NCBI RefSeq assembly: GCF_001457615.1
Contig: NZ_LN831024.1
Coordinates: 4,380,001-4,412,000, forward strand
DNA: 32,000 nucleotides
Reading direction: 5' to 3'
Source of the DNA: Pseudomonas aeruginosa
GTDB lineage: Bacteria > Pseudomonadota > Gammaproteobacteria > Pseudomonadales > Pseudomonadaceae
A model generated the notes under the pieces. It saw only the letters and a list, made by a program, of their open reading frames with translations. It made no database searches and was not told the DNA's origin. Positions 1 to 12,107 of this stretch are shown one piece after another. Position 1 is the stretch's first letter. Each line of letters begins with the position of its first letter. The position numbers were made by a program, and so were the translations under genes.

Positions 1-484
1 AAGAAGTTGCCCAGCAGCGGCTGCGGCGCGTGCAGGTCGGGCTCGCCGGCGAGGCTCAGCCAGATCGAACCGAGCACCGCCAGGCCAAAGCCGATCCAGG
101 TCATCCGGCCGATCCGTTCGTGCAGCAGCAACCAGGCCCCACCGCCACCAGCAACGGCAGCAGCGCGGTGATCATCCCGGCCTGGGCCGCGCTGGTGTAT
201 TGCAGGGCGAAGGATTCGCAGAGGAAGTACAGGCAGGGTTCGCAGACGGCCAGGCCGAGCAGGTACTTCCAGTCGCCCGGGCGGTAGTCGATGCGTCCGC
301 GCCAGCGCCAGGCAACGAGGAACACCAGGCTGCCGAGGGCCATGCGACCGAAGATCACCCAGAGCGGCGGCAGTTCGCGGAAAGCGACCTTCAGCACCAC
401 GTACGAACTGCCCCACAGCGCCATCGCCAGGATCAGGCAGGCCAGGGCGAACCAGCGCGTCCGAGTCAAGGGAATCTCCACCAC
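1..484 (-). pseudogene. EamA/DMT-family transporter, 5' part. It runs off the left edge and the reading frame breaks near 137-140.
   Basis: ORF 101..484 (GTG start) gives a TM-rich N-terminus, MVEIPLTRTRWFALACLILAMALWGSSYVVLK.... After ...LLPLLVAVG this frame ends as PGCCCTNGSAG*. The neighbouring frame reads AWLLLHERIGRMTWIGFGLAVLGSIWLSLAGEPDLHAPQPLLGNF to position 1, which is the expected continuation of a DMT repeat. Confidence 0.6.
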
Positions 485-582
485 GGGCGCCGCCGCGGCG
501 CCGGAAAAAGGACTCCCAGTATAGGCAGCCGGCTAGCTGCGCCGACAGGCACAGAAAGCGGGCAAAACTGTTGCGCCGGGCC

Positions 583-930
583 TCACTGCTCCCAGGGCTT
601 GCCGCGAGTCTTCTTCTCCAGCGGCAACTGCTGCAGCACCGCGGCCTTGGCCAGCATGTAGGCGCTGACCGGGGCGCTGATGAAGAGGAACAGGCTGATC
701 AGCAATTCGTGCAGGCTGATGCCCGCCTGGCGGTTGGAGAAATAGATCAGCGAGGCGACGATCACCCCGCCGACCCCGAGGGTGGTGGCCTTGGTCGGCC
801 CGTGCAGGCGCATGAAGAAGTCCGGCAGGCGGTACAGGCCGATCGCGCCGATCAGGACGAAGGCGCTGCCCAGCAGGAGGAACGCCGAGACGATGATTTC
901 CAGCCACAGGCTCAGGGGTTCGCCAGTCAT
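583..930 (-). CDS. mrpG: Mrp/Sha/Pha-type Na+(K+)/H+ antiporter subunit G
   Basis: Internal Met of ORF 583..1173 gives 115 aa: MTGEPLSLWLEIIVSAFLLLGSAFVLIGAIGLYRLPDFFMRLHGPTKATTLG.... This is the typical MnhG/PhaG signature. The start overlaps the subunit F stop, and it is the last gene of the operon. Confidence 0.85.
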   Translation of the reverse strand: MTGEPLSLWLEIIVSAFLLLGSAFVLIGAIGLYRLPDFFMRLHGPTKATTLGVGGVIVASLIYFSNRQAGISLHELLISLFLFISAPVSAYMLAKAAVLQQLPLEKKTRGKPWEQ

Positions 931-1196
931 TCGATGATGTCTCCGCGCAGCATGTATTTGGCCACCGCCACCGTACCGACGAAGCCGAGCACCGCGATCA
1001 GCAGCGCCGCCTCGAAGAACAGGTCGCTGTCGCGCCAGATGCCGTACAGCACCAGCAGCGCGATGGCGTTCACGTAGAGGGTGTCCAGCGCCAGCGCCCG
1101 GTCCGGCAGGCACGGCCCCTTGACCAGGCGCGCCAGGGTCAGCAACAGGGCCAGGCCGAGCAGCGCCAGGCACAGCGGGATCACGTAAGCGAGCAT
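927..1196 (-). CDS. mrpF: Mrp/Sha antiporter subunit F
   Basis: 89 aa from the internal ATG at 1196: MLAYVIPLCLALLGLALLLTLARLVKGPCLPDRALALDTLYVN.... This is an MrpF/PhaF-like 3-TM protein. It overlaps both E and G. Confidence 0.85.
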   Translation of the reverse strand: MLAYVIPLCLALLGLALLLTLARLVKGPCLPDRALALDTLYVNAIALLVLYGIWRDSDLFFEAALLIAVLGFVGTVAVAKYMLRGDIIE

Positions 1197-1705
1197 GGGA
1201 AGATCTCCTTCAGCGGCGCTTCGTAGCGTTGCTTGATCTCGGCGATCAGCGCCGCCTTGTCCGGCACGTCGAGGCCGTGCACCAGCAAGGTCTTGCGGTC
1301 GTCGCTGAGGTCCGACGACACCGACCCCGGGGTCAGCGAGACGATGCTCACCAGCACGCTGATGGCGAGGTCGTTCTCCAGCTCGATCGGCACCTCGACG
1401 AAGGCCGGACGCAAGCGCTCGATCGGTCCGAGGGTCAGGCGGGCGACCTGGATGTTGGCGACGAGGATGTCCCACATCACCAGCGCCAGCAGCTTCAGCA
1501 GCAGCAACGGATGCCACTCCTGGCTGCGCCCGACCAGCAGGCGGTTGGTCAGCAGCGGAATGCACACGCCGAGGAAGGCGCCGAGCAGCCAGTGGCCAAT
1601 GGCGAAGGAATCCACCAGCAGCAACCAGACCAGCAACAGCAGGACACTAAGCACGGGATGAGGCAGTACGCGAAGAAGCGGACGCGGCAACGAGCAGCTG
1701 ATCAT
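1181..1705 (-). CDS. mrpE: Mrp/Sha antiporter subunit E
   Basis: 174-aa ORF. Its ATG overlaps the subunit D stop (ATGA). The position and hydrophobic N-terminus match MrpE/MnhE. Confidence 0.8.
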   Translation of the reverse strand: MISCSLPRPLLRVLPHPVLSVLLLLVWLLLVDSFAIGHWLLGAFLGVCIPLLTNRLLVGRSQEWHPLLLLKLLALVMWDILVANIQVARLTLGPIERLRPAFVEVPIELENDLAISVLVSIVSLTPGSVSSDLSDDRKTLLVHGLDVPDKAALIAEIKQRYEAPLKEIFPCSLT

Positions 1706-3201
1706 GCGGCACCTCCGCGGGTGATGATCTGGCGATACAGGTCGAGGTCGTGCAACTGCGCCGCGGTGGCCTGGACGTAGGCCAGCAGCGGCTTCGCGGC
1801 GAACACCAGCAACGGGCCGGCGGAGAGCAACAGGATGCAGGCGAACAAGCGGCCGTGGTCCAGTTCGGCGCTACCGAGCACGGTATGCCCGGTGCGCCAG
1901 AACAGCGTGCTGCCGGCCCGGCTCAACGCCACCAGCGCCACCAGGCCGCTGCCCAGTACCACGCTCCATAGGGCCAGCGCCTGGCTGCCGGGAGCGACCG
2001 ACTGCAAAAGCATGACCTTGCCGAAGAACCCCGACAATGGCGGCAGACCGGCAACGGCGATGGCGCCGATGAAGAAAGCCCCGCCGAGCAACCGAGGATT
2101 CTGCAACGCCGGGCCCTGGACCAGGTCGCCGGCCTTGTCGCCGCGCTGGCGGGCGACCAGGTCGGCGAGCAGGAACAGGCCACCGGCGATCCAGGTACTG
2201 TGCAGCAGGTAGTACAGCGACGCCGCCAGCGCCCGCTCGCTGCCCAACGCCACGCCAGCCAGGAGGGTTCCGGCGGAGACCACCACCAGGTAGGCCAGCA
2301 GGCCTTGCAGGGTCCGCGCCGCCAAGGCACCGATCGCGCCCAGGCCGAGGGTCGCCAGGGCCAGCGGCCAGAGCCAGGCCTGCGCCAGGTTGGCCAGCTC
2401 GCCGGCGGCATCGCCGAAGACCAGCGTGTAGACCCGCAGGATCGAGTAGATGCCGACCTTGGTCATGATCGCGAACAGCGCCGCCACCGGCGCGCTGGCC
2501 GCGGCATAGGCGCGCGGCAGCCAGAAGTACAGCGGCAACAGCGCCGCCTTCAGGGCGAACACCACCAGCAGCAGGAGCCCGGCTGCCGCCAGCAGCGGCG
2601 CGCGCTCGGCATCTGCCATGGCGATCTTCTGCGCCATGTCGGCCATGTTCAGGGTGCCGGTGAGGCCATACAGGGTACCCACGGCGATCAGGAAGAACGC
2701 CGAGCCGACCAGGTTTAGGATCACGTAGTGCAAGCCCGAGCGCACCCGCTCCGCGCCGCCGCCATGCAGGAGCAACGCGTAGGAGGCGATCAGGAGTATC
2801 TCGAAGAACACGAACAGGTTGAACAGGTCGCCGGTCAGGAAGGCGCCGTTGATACCGAGCAGCTGGAACTGGAACAACGCGTGGAAATGCTTGCCCAGGC
2901 GGTCGTCGCCACGCAGCGCGTAGATCAGCGCGGCGCTGCCGAGCACCGCGGTGGCCAGCAGCATCAGGGCGGCGAGACGATCGAGCATGAGCACGATGCC
3001 GAACGGCGCGGCCCAGTTGCCCAGGGCATAGACGCTCAGGTCGCCGCTGGCGGCCGTACGTATCAGCAGCAGGCTCAGGGGGATCAGTGCCAGCGCCGCG
3101 AGCAACGACAGGCCGCGCTGCCAGCGCTCGGCCAGCGGCAACAGCAGCAGGCTGCCGGCAAACAGGGGGAGCAGGATCGGCAGGATCAGCCAATGGCTCA
3201 T
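1702..3201 (-). CDS. mrpD: Mrp/Sha antiporter subunit D (NuoN/NuoM-like proton-conducting subunit)
   Basis: 499-aa polytopic ORF with complex-I antiporter-like motifs (FFEILLIASYALL, LLHSTWIAGGLFL). It overlaps subunit C by 4 nt. Confidence 0.9.
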   Translation of the reverse strand: MSHWLILPILLPLFAGSLLLLPLAERWQRGLSLLAALALIPLSLLLIRTAASGDLSVYALGNWAAPFGIVLMLDRLAALMLLATAVLGSAALIYALRGDDRLGKHFHALFQFQLLGINGAFLTGDLFNLFVFFEILLIASYALLLHGGGAERVRSGLHYVILNLVGSAFFLIAVGTLYGLTGTLNMADMAQKIAMADAERAPLLAAAGLLLLVVFALKAALLPLYFWLPRAYAAASAPVAALFAIMTKVGIYSILRVYTLVFGDAAGELANLAQAWLWPLALATLGLGAIGALAARTLQGLLAYLVVVSAGTLLAGVALGSERALAASLYYLLHSTWIAGGLFLLADLVARQRGDKAGDLVQGPALQNPRLLGGAFFIGAIAVAGLPPLSGFFGKVMLLQSVAPGSQALALWSVVLGSGLVALVALSRAGSTLFWRTGHTVLGSAELDHGRLFACILLLSAGPLLVFAAKPLLAYVQATAAQLHDLDLYRQIITRGGAA

Positions 3202-3535
3202 GGGCGCGGCTCCTCCTCGTCCGGGCGTCCATCTACGTGGTCGCTGCCGAGGTCACCGAGGCCACGCAGGGCCAGGACCACGACAAAGGCGGTCATGGCG
3301 AAGCCGATGACGATGGCGGTCAGCACCAGCGCCTGCGGCAACGGATCACCATACTCCCCGGGAGTGCCGATCACCGCGACGCTGCCGCCGAGCCGGCCCA
3401 TGGCGAACAGGAACAGGTTGACCGCGTAGGAGATCAGCGTGAGACCGAGCACCACCGGGAAAGTCCTCGCCCGCAGCAGCAGGTAGACGCCGCTGGCGGT
3501 GAGCAGGCCGAGGGTGATGGCGAACAGGGCTTCCA

Positions 3536-3536
<1 letters not shown>
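3198..3536 (-). CDS. mrpC: Mrp/Sha antiporter subunit C (NuoK-like)
   Basis: 112-aa 3-TM ORF: MEALFAITLGLLTASGVYLLLRARTFPVVLGLTLISYAVNLFLF.... This is the NuoK/MnhC pattern. The start abuts the A/B stop. Confidence 0.85.
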
Positions 3537-6336
<2,800 letters not shown>

Positions 6337-6473
6337 GGGCTACTCCTCTTCGATGGCGGAGCCCCCGGCATGCCTGGCCGGCGGTGCTTCCCCGCGGTTG
6401 TCGGTGCGCGGCCGGATCGCCAGCAGCTCGAAGCCCCATCGGCCACCGGCAGGCGCGGCGCGACGGAACTACG

Positions 6474-6502
6474 ATTATCGCAATCTATCGAACGAACGTC
6501 AT
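6474..6502 (-). promoter_or_regulatory. Candidate sigma70 promoter for the mrp/sha operon
   Basis: Minus strand reads ATGACG, a 17-nt spacer, then GATAAT. It sits in the only AT-rich patch upstream of the ATG at 6336 and implies a GC-rich leader of about 130 nt. Pattern match only. Confidence 0.3.
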
Positions 6503-6620
6503 GGATTGAATTATTACAAAATTCAGGCGTTCCGACTGCCGGAAAGCCGAAAAAAACTCTGCAACGGCAACGACTTGAAGCTTAGCAAGACAACGCCGGC
6601 AGTGGTTCGGCGCTACAACG

Positions 6621-6645
6621 AAAACGGCCGGCGAAATGCCGGCCG
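6621..6645 (-). terminator. Rho-independent terminator downstream of slyB
   Basis: Minus-strand RNA is CGGCCGGC-AUUUC-GCCGGCCG followed by UUUUCGUUGU: an 8-bp GC stem, 5-nt loop and U tract. It starts about 20 nt after the stop codon. Confidence 0.7.
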
Positions 6646-6664
6646 CGGGATAACGTGGGAAGAA

Positions 6665-7129
6665 TCAGTGGGCGACGCGGCTGGTGCCGTTGACGGTCAG
6701 GATGCGCACGCGCTCGCCGACGCGGAAGATCTGGCCCTGGTCGACCTGCTGGACATAGGCGCGGGTGCTGCCGTCGTCTTCGCGCACGGTGATCTCGACG
6801 CCCTGGGTGCGCGTCAGGCCTTCTTCGGTAGCCGCGCCCAGCAGGCCGCCAGCGACCGCGCCGATGATGGCCGCGACGTAGCTGCCCTTGCCGCCGCCCA
6901 CCGCGCTGCCGGCGACACCGCCGACGCCGGCACCGGCGATGGAACCGATCGGGGTCTTGGTGCCTTCGATCTTGACCGGGCGCAAGGCCTGGATGGTGCC
7001 CATGCGTACAGTCTGCACGGTACGGGCTTCCTCACGGCTGTAGGTATCGCCGGTGAGGCTGGATTGGCAGCCGCCAAGAGCCAGGGCCATGGCGGTGAAG
7101 GAAGCAACGATCAAGGCAGACTTGCGCAT
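6665..7129 (-). CDS. slyB: SlyB-type outer-membrane lipoprotein (glycine zipper)
   Basis: 154 aa. Signal peptide with lipobox LALGGC. Glycine-zipper segment GSIAGAGVGGVAGSAVGGGKGSYVAAIIGAVAGGLLG, followed by a C-terminal beta-rich domain, as in SlyB/PCP. Confidence 0.85.
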   Translation of the reverse strand: MRKSALIVASFTAMALALGGCQSSLTGDTYSREEARTVQTVRMGTIQALRPVKIEGTKTPIGSIAGAGVGGVAGSAVGGGKGSYVAAIIGAVAGGLLGAATEEGLTRTQGVEITVREDDGSTRAYVQQVDQGQIFRVGERVRILTVNGTSRVAH

Positions 7130-7316
7130 AACGGCATCTCCGAAAGGGATAACTGACGAATATTAGACTCTCCCGCAGCCGCTCCTGTCACCTGGCCGGC
7201 GCGAGATAATCGAATCGATTCAGCAATGGTACAGGTTCGTTCAGTTTCGACCGAACCCTCCCGCTTTCATCGGCGGGACCGATCGGCTAGGGTGAGCGCC
7301 CGCAGAAGGAACAGCC

Positions 7317-7559
7317 ATGGACTATTTCATCATCGTCGTCACCACCGCCGCCGGCCTGTATTTCCACTGGTGGATCTACTGGCGCATCCGCCGCTGGATG
7401 GACCGCGACCTGGCGCTGTCATTCGCCGGCGACGACCCGCAAAAGCGTGACTATCTGTTACAGCGACTGGCCGAGGCCAAGGCCAGCAAGGTGAAGCGGC
7501 GCGACCTGCCGGCCTGGCTGGAGCGCGCCGCCGCCGACTACCCTTCCCGCGAAGCCTGA
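7317..7559 (+). CDS. Small membrane-anchored protein of unknown function (80 aa)
   Basis: AGAAGGAA RBS 6 nt before the ATG. Strong GC3-biased codon usage. N-terminal TM helix (FIIVVTTAAGLYFHWWIYW) and a charged C-terminal tail. The 3' end overlaps the convergent glycerate kinase by 22 nt. Confidence 0.65.
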   Translation: MDYFIIVVTTAAGLYFHWWIYWRIRRWMDRDLALSFAGDDPQKRDYLLQRLAEAKASKVKRRDLPAWLERAAADYPSREA

Positions 7560-8683
7560 GCCAGGCGCCAGAGCCGGGCGATCTGCTCGGCGCGCGCCTC
7601 CAGTTCCGCCGCCGCTCCGGCACAGGCCTGCTCCAGGCTGATCGGTCCCGGCGCCAGGCTGAACGCCGCATCGATGCCGGCGTCGTGCAGGCGCTGGTAG
7701 CCGTCGCCCAGGCTGCCGGCCAGGGCTACCACGGGAACGCCGGCCTGGCGCGCGATCCGCGCCACGCCCACCGGGGTCTTGCCGTGCAGGCTCTGCGCAT
7801 CCAGACGGCCCTCGCCGGTCAGCACCAGGTCGGCACCGACCAGCGCATCGGCCAGCCCGGCCAGCTCCGCCACCAGTTCGATGCCTGGGCGGAAACGCGC
7901 GCGGAGGAATGCCCTCGCGGCGAAACCCAGGCCGCCGGCGGCGCCGACGCCCGGCACCCGGCTGAAGTCCTCGCCAAGGGTCGCCGCGACCACCTTGGCG
8001 AAGTGCGCCAGGGCGGCATCCAGTTGCGCCACCTGTTCGGCGCTGGCGCCCTTCTGCGGACCGAACACCGCCGACGCGCCGCGCGGCCCGCATAGCGGGT
8101 TGTCGACGTCTGCGGCGACTTCCACCGCGACATCCACCAGGCGCGGATCCAGCCCGCCCAGGTCGAGACTGTGCAGGCCAGCCAGCGCGGCGCCGCCGGG
8201 CGCCAGTTCCTCGCCGTCGGCAGCCAGGAAACGCACGCCGAGCGCGCCCAGCAGGCCGGCGCCGGCATCGTTGGTAGCGCTGCCGCCGAGGCCGAGGATA
8301 ATCTTCCGCGCCCCGGCGTCCAGCGCCGCACGGATCAGCTCGCCAGTGCCACGGCTGCTGCTGCGCGTGGCGTCGCGGCGGTCGCGCGGGACCAGGTGCA
8401 AGCCGCTGGCGGAAGCCATTTCGATCACTGCGGTGGCGTCGTCCAGCCAGCCCCAGTGCGCCAGGGTCGGCTCACCGAGCGGGCCTTCGACACGGCATTC
8501 GCGACGTTCGCCGGCGGTGGCGGCGAGTACCGCATCGACCGTGCCTTCGCCGCCGTCCGCCAGTGGCCGCAGCAACACCTCGGCCTGCGGGAAGACTCGC
8601 CGCCAGCCGCGGGCGATAGCCTCGGCGACGTCGGGCGCGGACAGGCTTTCCTTGAACGAATCAGGAGCAATCACGATTTTCAT
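7538..8683 (-). CDS. Glycerate kinase (GlxK/GarK family)
   Basis: 381 aa. N-terminus MKIVIAPDSFKESLSAPDVAEAIARGWRRVFP...LADGGEGTVDA is nearly colinear with E. coli GlxK/GarK. Confidence 0.9.
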   Translation of the reverse strand: MKIVIAPDSFKESLSAPDVAEAIARGWRRVFPQAEVLLRPLADGGEGTVDAVLAATAGERRECRVEGPLGEPTLAHWGWLDDATAVIEMASASGLHLVPRDRRDATRSSSRGTGELIRAALDAGARKIILGLGGSATNDAGAGLLGALGVRFLAADGEELAPGGAALAGLHSLDLGGLDPRLVDVAVEVAADVDNPLCGPRGASAVFGPQKGASAEQVAQLDAALAHFAKVVAATLGEDFSRVPGVGAAGGLGFAARAFLRARFRPGIELVAELAGLADALVGADLVLTGEGRLDAQSLHGKTPVGVARIARQAGVPVVALAGSLGDGYQRLHDAGIDAAFSLAPGPISLEQACAGAAAELEARAEQIARLWRLAQASREG

Positions 8684-8724
8684 CAGTCACCTCGCAGGGC
8701 CGGGAGTCCCCGGCCCCGCTTCAA

Positions 8725-10083
8725 TCAGAGCAGCACAAGGCTGAGCAGCCATACCGCGAGCATACCGGCGATACCCTGGACCAGGGTCGCCAGGGTCTGG
8801 GCGCGATAGGCAGTGGATACGGTCATGCGGCTGAACTGTGTGACCACCCAGAAGAAGCTGTCATTGGCGTGGGACACCGTCATCGCTCCGGCACCGATCG
8901 CCATGACCGTCAGCACCCGGCCCATCTCGCTGTCCAGGCCGAGCTGCGGCAGCAGCGGAGCGACCAGCGCCGAGGTGGTGACCAGCGCCACGGTGGTCGA
9001 GCCCTGTGCGGTCTTCAGCGCGGCCGCCACCACGAACGGCATGAACAGGCCGATGCCCAACGCTGACAGGGTGCTGCCCAGGTAGTCGCCGAGCGGAGTG
9101 ATCTTCAGCATCGCACCGAAGGCGCCGCCGGCGCCGGTGATCAGCAGGATCGGCGCGGCCGACTGGATGCCTTCCACCACGCGCTCATGGAATTCCTCGC
9201 GCTTGCTCTGGCCCTTGAGCAGGGTGCAGGCCAGCGCCAGGCCGACCAGCAGGGCGATCACCGGTTGACCGAGGAAGTTCAGGCAGGCGAACAGTACGCC
9301 CTCGCCCAGCGGCTTGCTCGGGAATACCGCGACCGAGCCAAGGCAGATCAACAGGATCGGTACGAAGATCGGCGCGAACGCCTGGGTCGCGCTGGGCAGC
9401 TTGCCGTAGCGGGCACGCAGCTCGCTGAAATCCTCTTCGGTCTGGACGACCTGGCCGTCGTCGACCAGGGGAATGTCCTTGCCGACGAAGCGATTGGCCC
9501 ACCACATGCCGGCCATCGCGGTGACGAAGGCGACCACCAGGCCGACCACGATCACCAGGCCAAGGCTGGCGTCCAGGCCGAGGTTGCCGGCCGCGGCGAT
9601 CGGTCCCGGGGTCGGCGGCACGAAGGTGTGGGTGGCGTAGAGACCGGTGGCCAGGGCCACGCTCATGGCGATGGTGGATATCTTCATCCGCGCCGCCAGG
9701 GCGTTCTTCAGCGAGTTGAGGATGACGAAGCCGGAATCGCAGAACACCGGGATCGACACCAGGTAGCCGATGATCGACATGGTCAGGGTCGGGAAGCGTT
9801 CGCCGAGCAGGCGGATCACGCTTTCCGCCATGGTGATCGCCGCACCGCTGCGCTCGAGGATCACCCCGATGATGGTGCCGAGCACGATGACGATGCCGAT
9901 GTAGCCGAGGATGCTGCCGAAGCCGCCGGTAACGGTCTTGACGATTTCCGCCGTGGGTACCTGGTAGGCGAAGCCGGCGATCAGCGCGGCCGCCAGCAGG
10001 GCGAGGAACGGGTGCAGCTTGAGTCGCGTGGTGGACAGGACGATAAAGGCGATCAACGCCAGCAGGATCAGGACCAGGGTCAT
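8725..10083 (-). CDS. GntP-family anion:H+ permease (gluconate/glycerate-type)
   Basis: 452-aa polytopic ORF with GntP-like length and motifs. It lies 41 nt upstream of glycerate kinase on the same strand. Confidence 0.85.
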   Translation of the reverse strand: MTLVLILLALIAFIVLSTTRLKLHPFLALLAAALIAGFAYQVPTAEIVKTVTGGFGSILGYIGIVIVLGTIIGVILERSGAAITMAESVIRLLGERFPTLTMSIIGYLVSIPVFCDSGFVILNSLKNALAARMKISTIAMSVALATGLYATHTFVPPTPGPIAAAGNLGLDASLGLVIVVGLVVAFVTAMAGMWWANRFVGKDIPLVDDGQVVQTEEDFSELRARYGKLPSATQAFAPIFVPILLICLGSVAVFPSKPLGEGVLFACLNFLGQPVIALLVGLALACTLLKGQSKREEFHERVVEGIQSAAPILLITGAGGAFGAMLKITPLGDYLGSTLSALGIGLFMPFVVAAALKTAQGSTTVALVTTSALVAPLLPQLGLDSEMGRVLTVMAIGAGAMTVSHANDSFFWVVTQFSRMTVSTAYRAQTLATLVQGIAGMLAVWLLSLVLL

Positions 10084-10207
10084 GAGCCGCCTCCTTGTTG
10101 TTATGGGTGTGGGATGGGCGCCCAGGGGCGGGTCATTTTCGCTCCGTCGGGACCGGACACGCCTTGTGCAACGGCCAGAGGAAGACGGCGCTGGAAGGGG
10201 AACATTT

Positions 10208-10221
10208 TGTGCGACTGCACA
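10208..10221. promoter_or_regulatory. Palindrome TGTGC-N4-GCACA in the permease upstream region (candidate operator)
   Basis: A perfect 5-4-5 inverted repeat sits about 125 nt upstream of the permease ATG, just after the cdaR stop. A second GCACAA half-site lies downstream of it (revcomp ttgtgc, about 10174..10179). Function not established. Confidence 0.3.
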
Positions 10222-10241
10222 GTGAATCGATTGATCGCCCG

Positions 10242-11354
10242 TTACCCGCGGCGCGGAACGAGCAATTGCAGCCCCAGCAACAATTGCTGGCGGTGCTCCA
10301 GGCGAGCGAGATCGAGCCCGCTGATCGAAGCGATGCGCTCCAGTCGGTAGCGCAGGCTGTTGCGATGGATCCCCAGCGCCTGGGCACAGGCCTGGGCGTG
10401 ACCGTCATGGGCGCACCAGGACTCCAGGGTAGCGGCCAGCGAACCTTGCGGATCGTGGTCGAGCAACCGCTGCAAGGGCGCCAGCAGCTGCCGCACCTGC
10501 CAACTGTCGCGCTGGCTGAACAGCAGGCTGGCGAGGCGGTGTCCGTCCAGGGTCACGACCCGCCGACCGGGCAACCGGCTGCGCGCATAGTCCAGCAGGT
10601 CGCGCGCGGCGCAGGCCGAGGCGCGCAGCTCGGCCAGGTCATGCGCCGGGTCGCCGGCACACAGGCGCGCCACGCCCCAGCCGCGCGCGTCGGCGCGCTC
10701 CAGCCAGTGCTCGAGCGTATCTGCGTGGGCTACCGGCCGGCACCAGAACACCAGGCGCTCGCCCAGCGCCGCGCTCCAGTGCTCCGCCCGGCCGCCGAGT
10801 GCCGCCAGCAGGCGAGCCTGGCAAGACAGCGGATCGGCATGCTCGGGCAGCTCCAGGAAGACCGCCTGGCGCGGCCAGTGCATGGCCAGCCCCAGGTGTT
10901 CGGCATCGGCCGCCAGCGCCCCGAGGCCGTGGCTGGGATCGAGCAACTGGCGCAGCCAGGCTTCGTGACGCTGGCGTTGCCAGTGTCGCTCGTCCTGCAT
11001 CTGGCGCTGTTCCATGAGCATTTCCGCTGCCATCCGCACCAGCTCGGCATAGGGCCGGACCACCTCCGGCGCGCCGGTGATGCCGAGCACGCCGACCAGC
11101 CGCTCGGCGTGCAGCAACGGCAGGTTCACCCCTGGCCGCACCCCGCGCAGGCAGGCGGCGGCCTGCTCGTCGATTTCCACCACCCGCCGGTTGGCCAGCA
11201 CCAGTTGCGCCCCTTCGTGGCGGGTATGCAGGCGCGATGGATCGCCGCTGCCGATGATCATGCCCTGGGCATCCATCACATTGATGTTGTGCGGCAGGAT
11301 CGCCATCGCCCGATCGACGATGTGCTGCGCCAGCGTCGAATCCAGTTCGAACAT
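10242..11354 (-). CDS. cdaR: CdaR/SdaR-family sugar-diacid (carbohydrate diacid) regulator
   Basis: 370 aa. N-terminal diacid-recognition-type domain (MFELDSTLAQHIVDRAMAILPHNINVMDAQGMIIGSGD). C-terminal PucR-type HTH (LGIHRNSLRYRLERIASISGLD). Confidence 0.85.
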   Translation of the reverse strand: MFELDSTLAQHIVDRAMAILPHNINVMDAQGMIIGSGDPSRLHTRHEGAQLVLANRRVVEIDEQAAACLRGVRPGVNLPLLHAERLVGVLGITGAPEVVRPYAELVRMAAEMLMEQRQMQDERHWQRQRHEAWLRQLLDPSHGLGALAADAEHLGLAMHWPRQAVFLELPEHADPLSCQARLLAALGGRAEHWSAALGERLVFWCRPVAHADTLEHWLERADARGWGVARLCAGDPAHDLAELRASACAARDLLDYARSRLPGRRVVTLDGHRLASLLFSQRDSWQVRQLLAPLQRLLDHDPQGSLAATLESWCAHDGHAQACAQALGIHRNSLRYRLERIASISGLDLARLEHRQQLLLGLQLLVPRRG

Positions 11355-11361
11355 GGAGGAC

Positions 11362-12009
11362 TCAGGGCGCCAGGCGTTCGCGCGACCAGCCGCCGTCCTG
11401 GCGTCGATAGTCGAGACGGTCGTGCAGGCGGCTCGGCCGCCCCTGCCAGAACTCGATGCGCTGCGGCAGGAGACGGTAGCCGCCCCAGTGCTCGGGACAG
11501 CTCGGCGGCTGGTCGGCGAAACGCCGCTCGGTGTCCGCGAGCAGCCGTTCCAGCTCGGCGCGATCGGCGATGACCCGGCTCTGCGGCGAGGCCCAGGCGC
11601 CCAGGCGACTGCCCAGCGGACGCACCTGGTAGTAGGCGTCGGATTCCTCGGGAGTGACCTTCTCGACGCTGCCTTCGATGCGCACCTGGCGCTCCAGAGC
11701 CGGCCAGAAGAAGGTCATGGCCGCCCGCGGATTGGCCGCCAGTTGCCGGCCCTTGGCGCTTTCGTAGTTGGTGAAGAAGGTGAAGCCGCGCTCGTCGAGG
11801 CCCTTGAGCAGGAGGATACGGCAATGCGGATAGCCGTCGGCGTCGACGGTGGCCAGGGTCATGGCGTTGGGTTCGACCGGCAGGCGCTCGGTCTTCACCG
11901 CGTCGTCGAACCACTGGCGGAACAGGCTGAAGGGATCGCTAGGGGCGTTGGCCTCGCTGAGGCCATCGCGGGTGTACTCGCGGCGCATATCGGCCAGGGA
12001 CTGGGTCAT
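11362..12009 (-). CDS. pdxH: Pyridoxamine/pyridoxine 5'-phosphate oxidase
   Basis: 215 aa from the internal ATG (GGAG 7 nt upstream): [19 protein letters not shown]...[19 protein letters not shown]...W.RERLAP. This is the classic PdxH C-terminal signature. Confidence 0.92.
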   Translation of the reverse strand: MTQSLADMRREYTRDGLSEANAPSDPFSLFRQWFDDAVKTERLPVEPNAMTLATVDADGYPHCRILLLKGLDERGFTFFTNYESAKGRQLAANPRAAMTFFWPALERQVRIEGSVEKVTPEESDAYYQVRPLGSRLGAWASPQSRVIADRAELERLLADTERRFADQPPSCPEHWGGYRLLPQRIEFWQGRPSRLHDRLDYRRQDGGWSRERLAP

Positions 12010-12107
12010 GGCGCATCTCCAGGGGGAAATGCGCCATAGCTTAACCGCAGACTCCGCCTCGCGCTTGATCCGGGACAATGGCGCCAAGCGCCCTGCCCCG
12101 GTTCGGC

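Noticed and set aside
1871-3232. A 453-aa alternative-frame ORF on the same strand as mrpD.
   Set aside because: It is an Arg/Pro/Ala-rich out-of-frame translation. The mrpD frame carries the conserved antiporter motifs and the operon-style start/stop overlaps.
7212-7221. The palindrome GAATCGATTC upstream of slyB shares its AATCGATT core with a site at 10224..10232. This could be a common regulator motif.
   Set aside because: There are only two occurrences of a short AT-rich palindrome in AT-enriched promoter regions. Without a PWM or conservation data this cannot be separated from chance.
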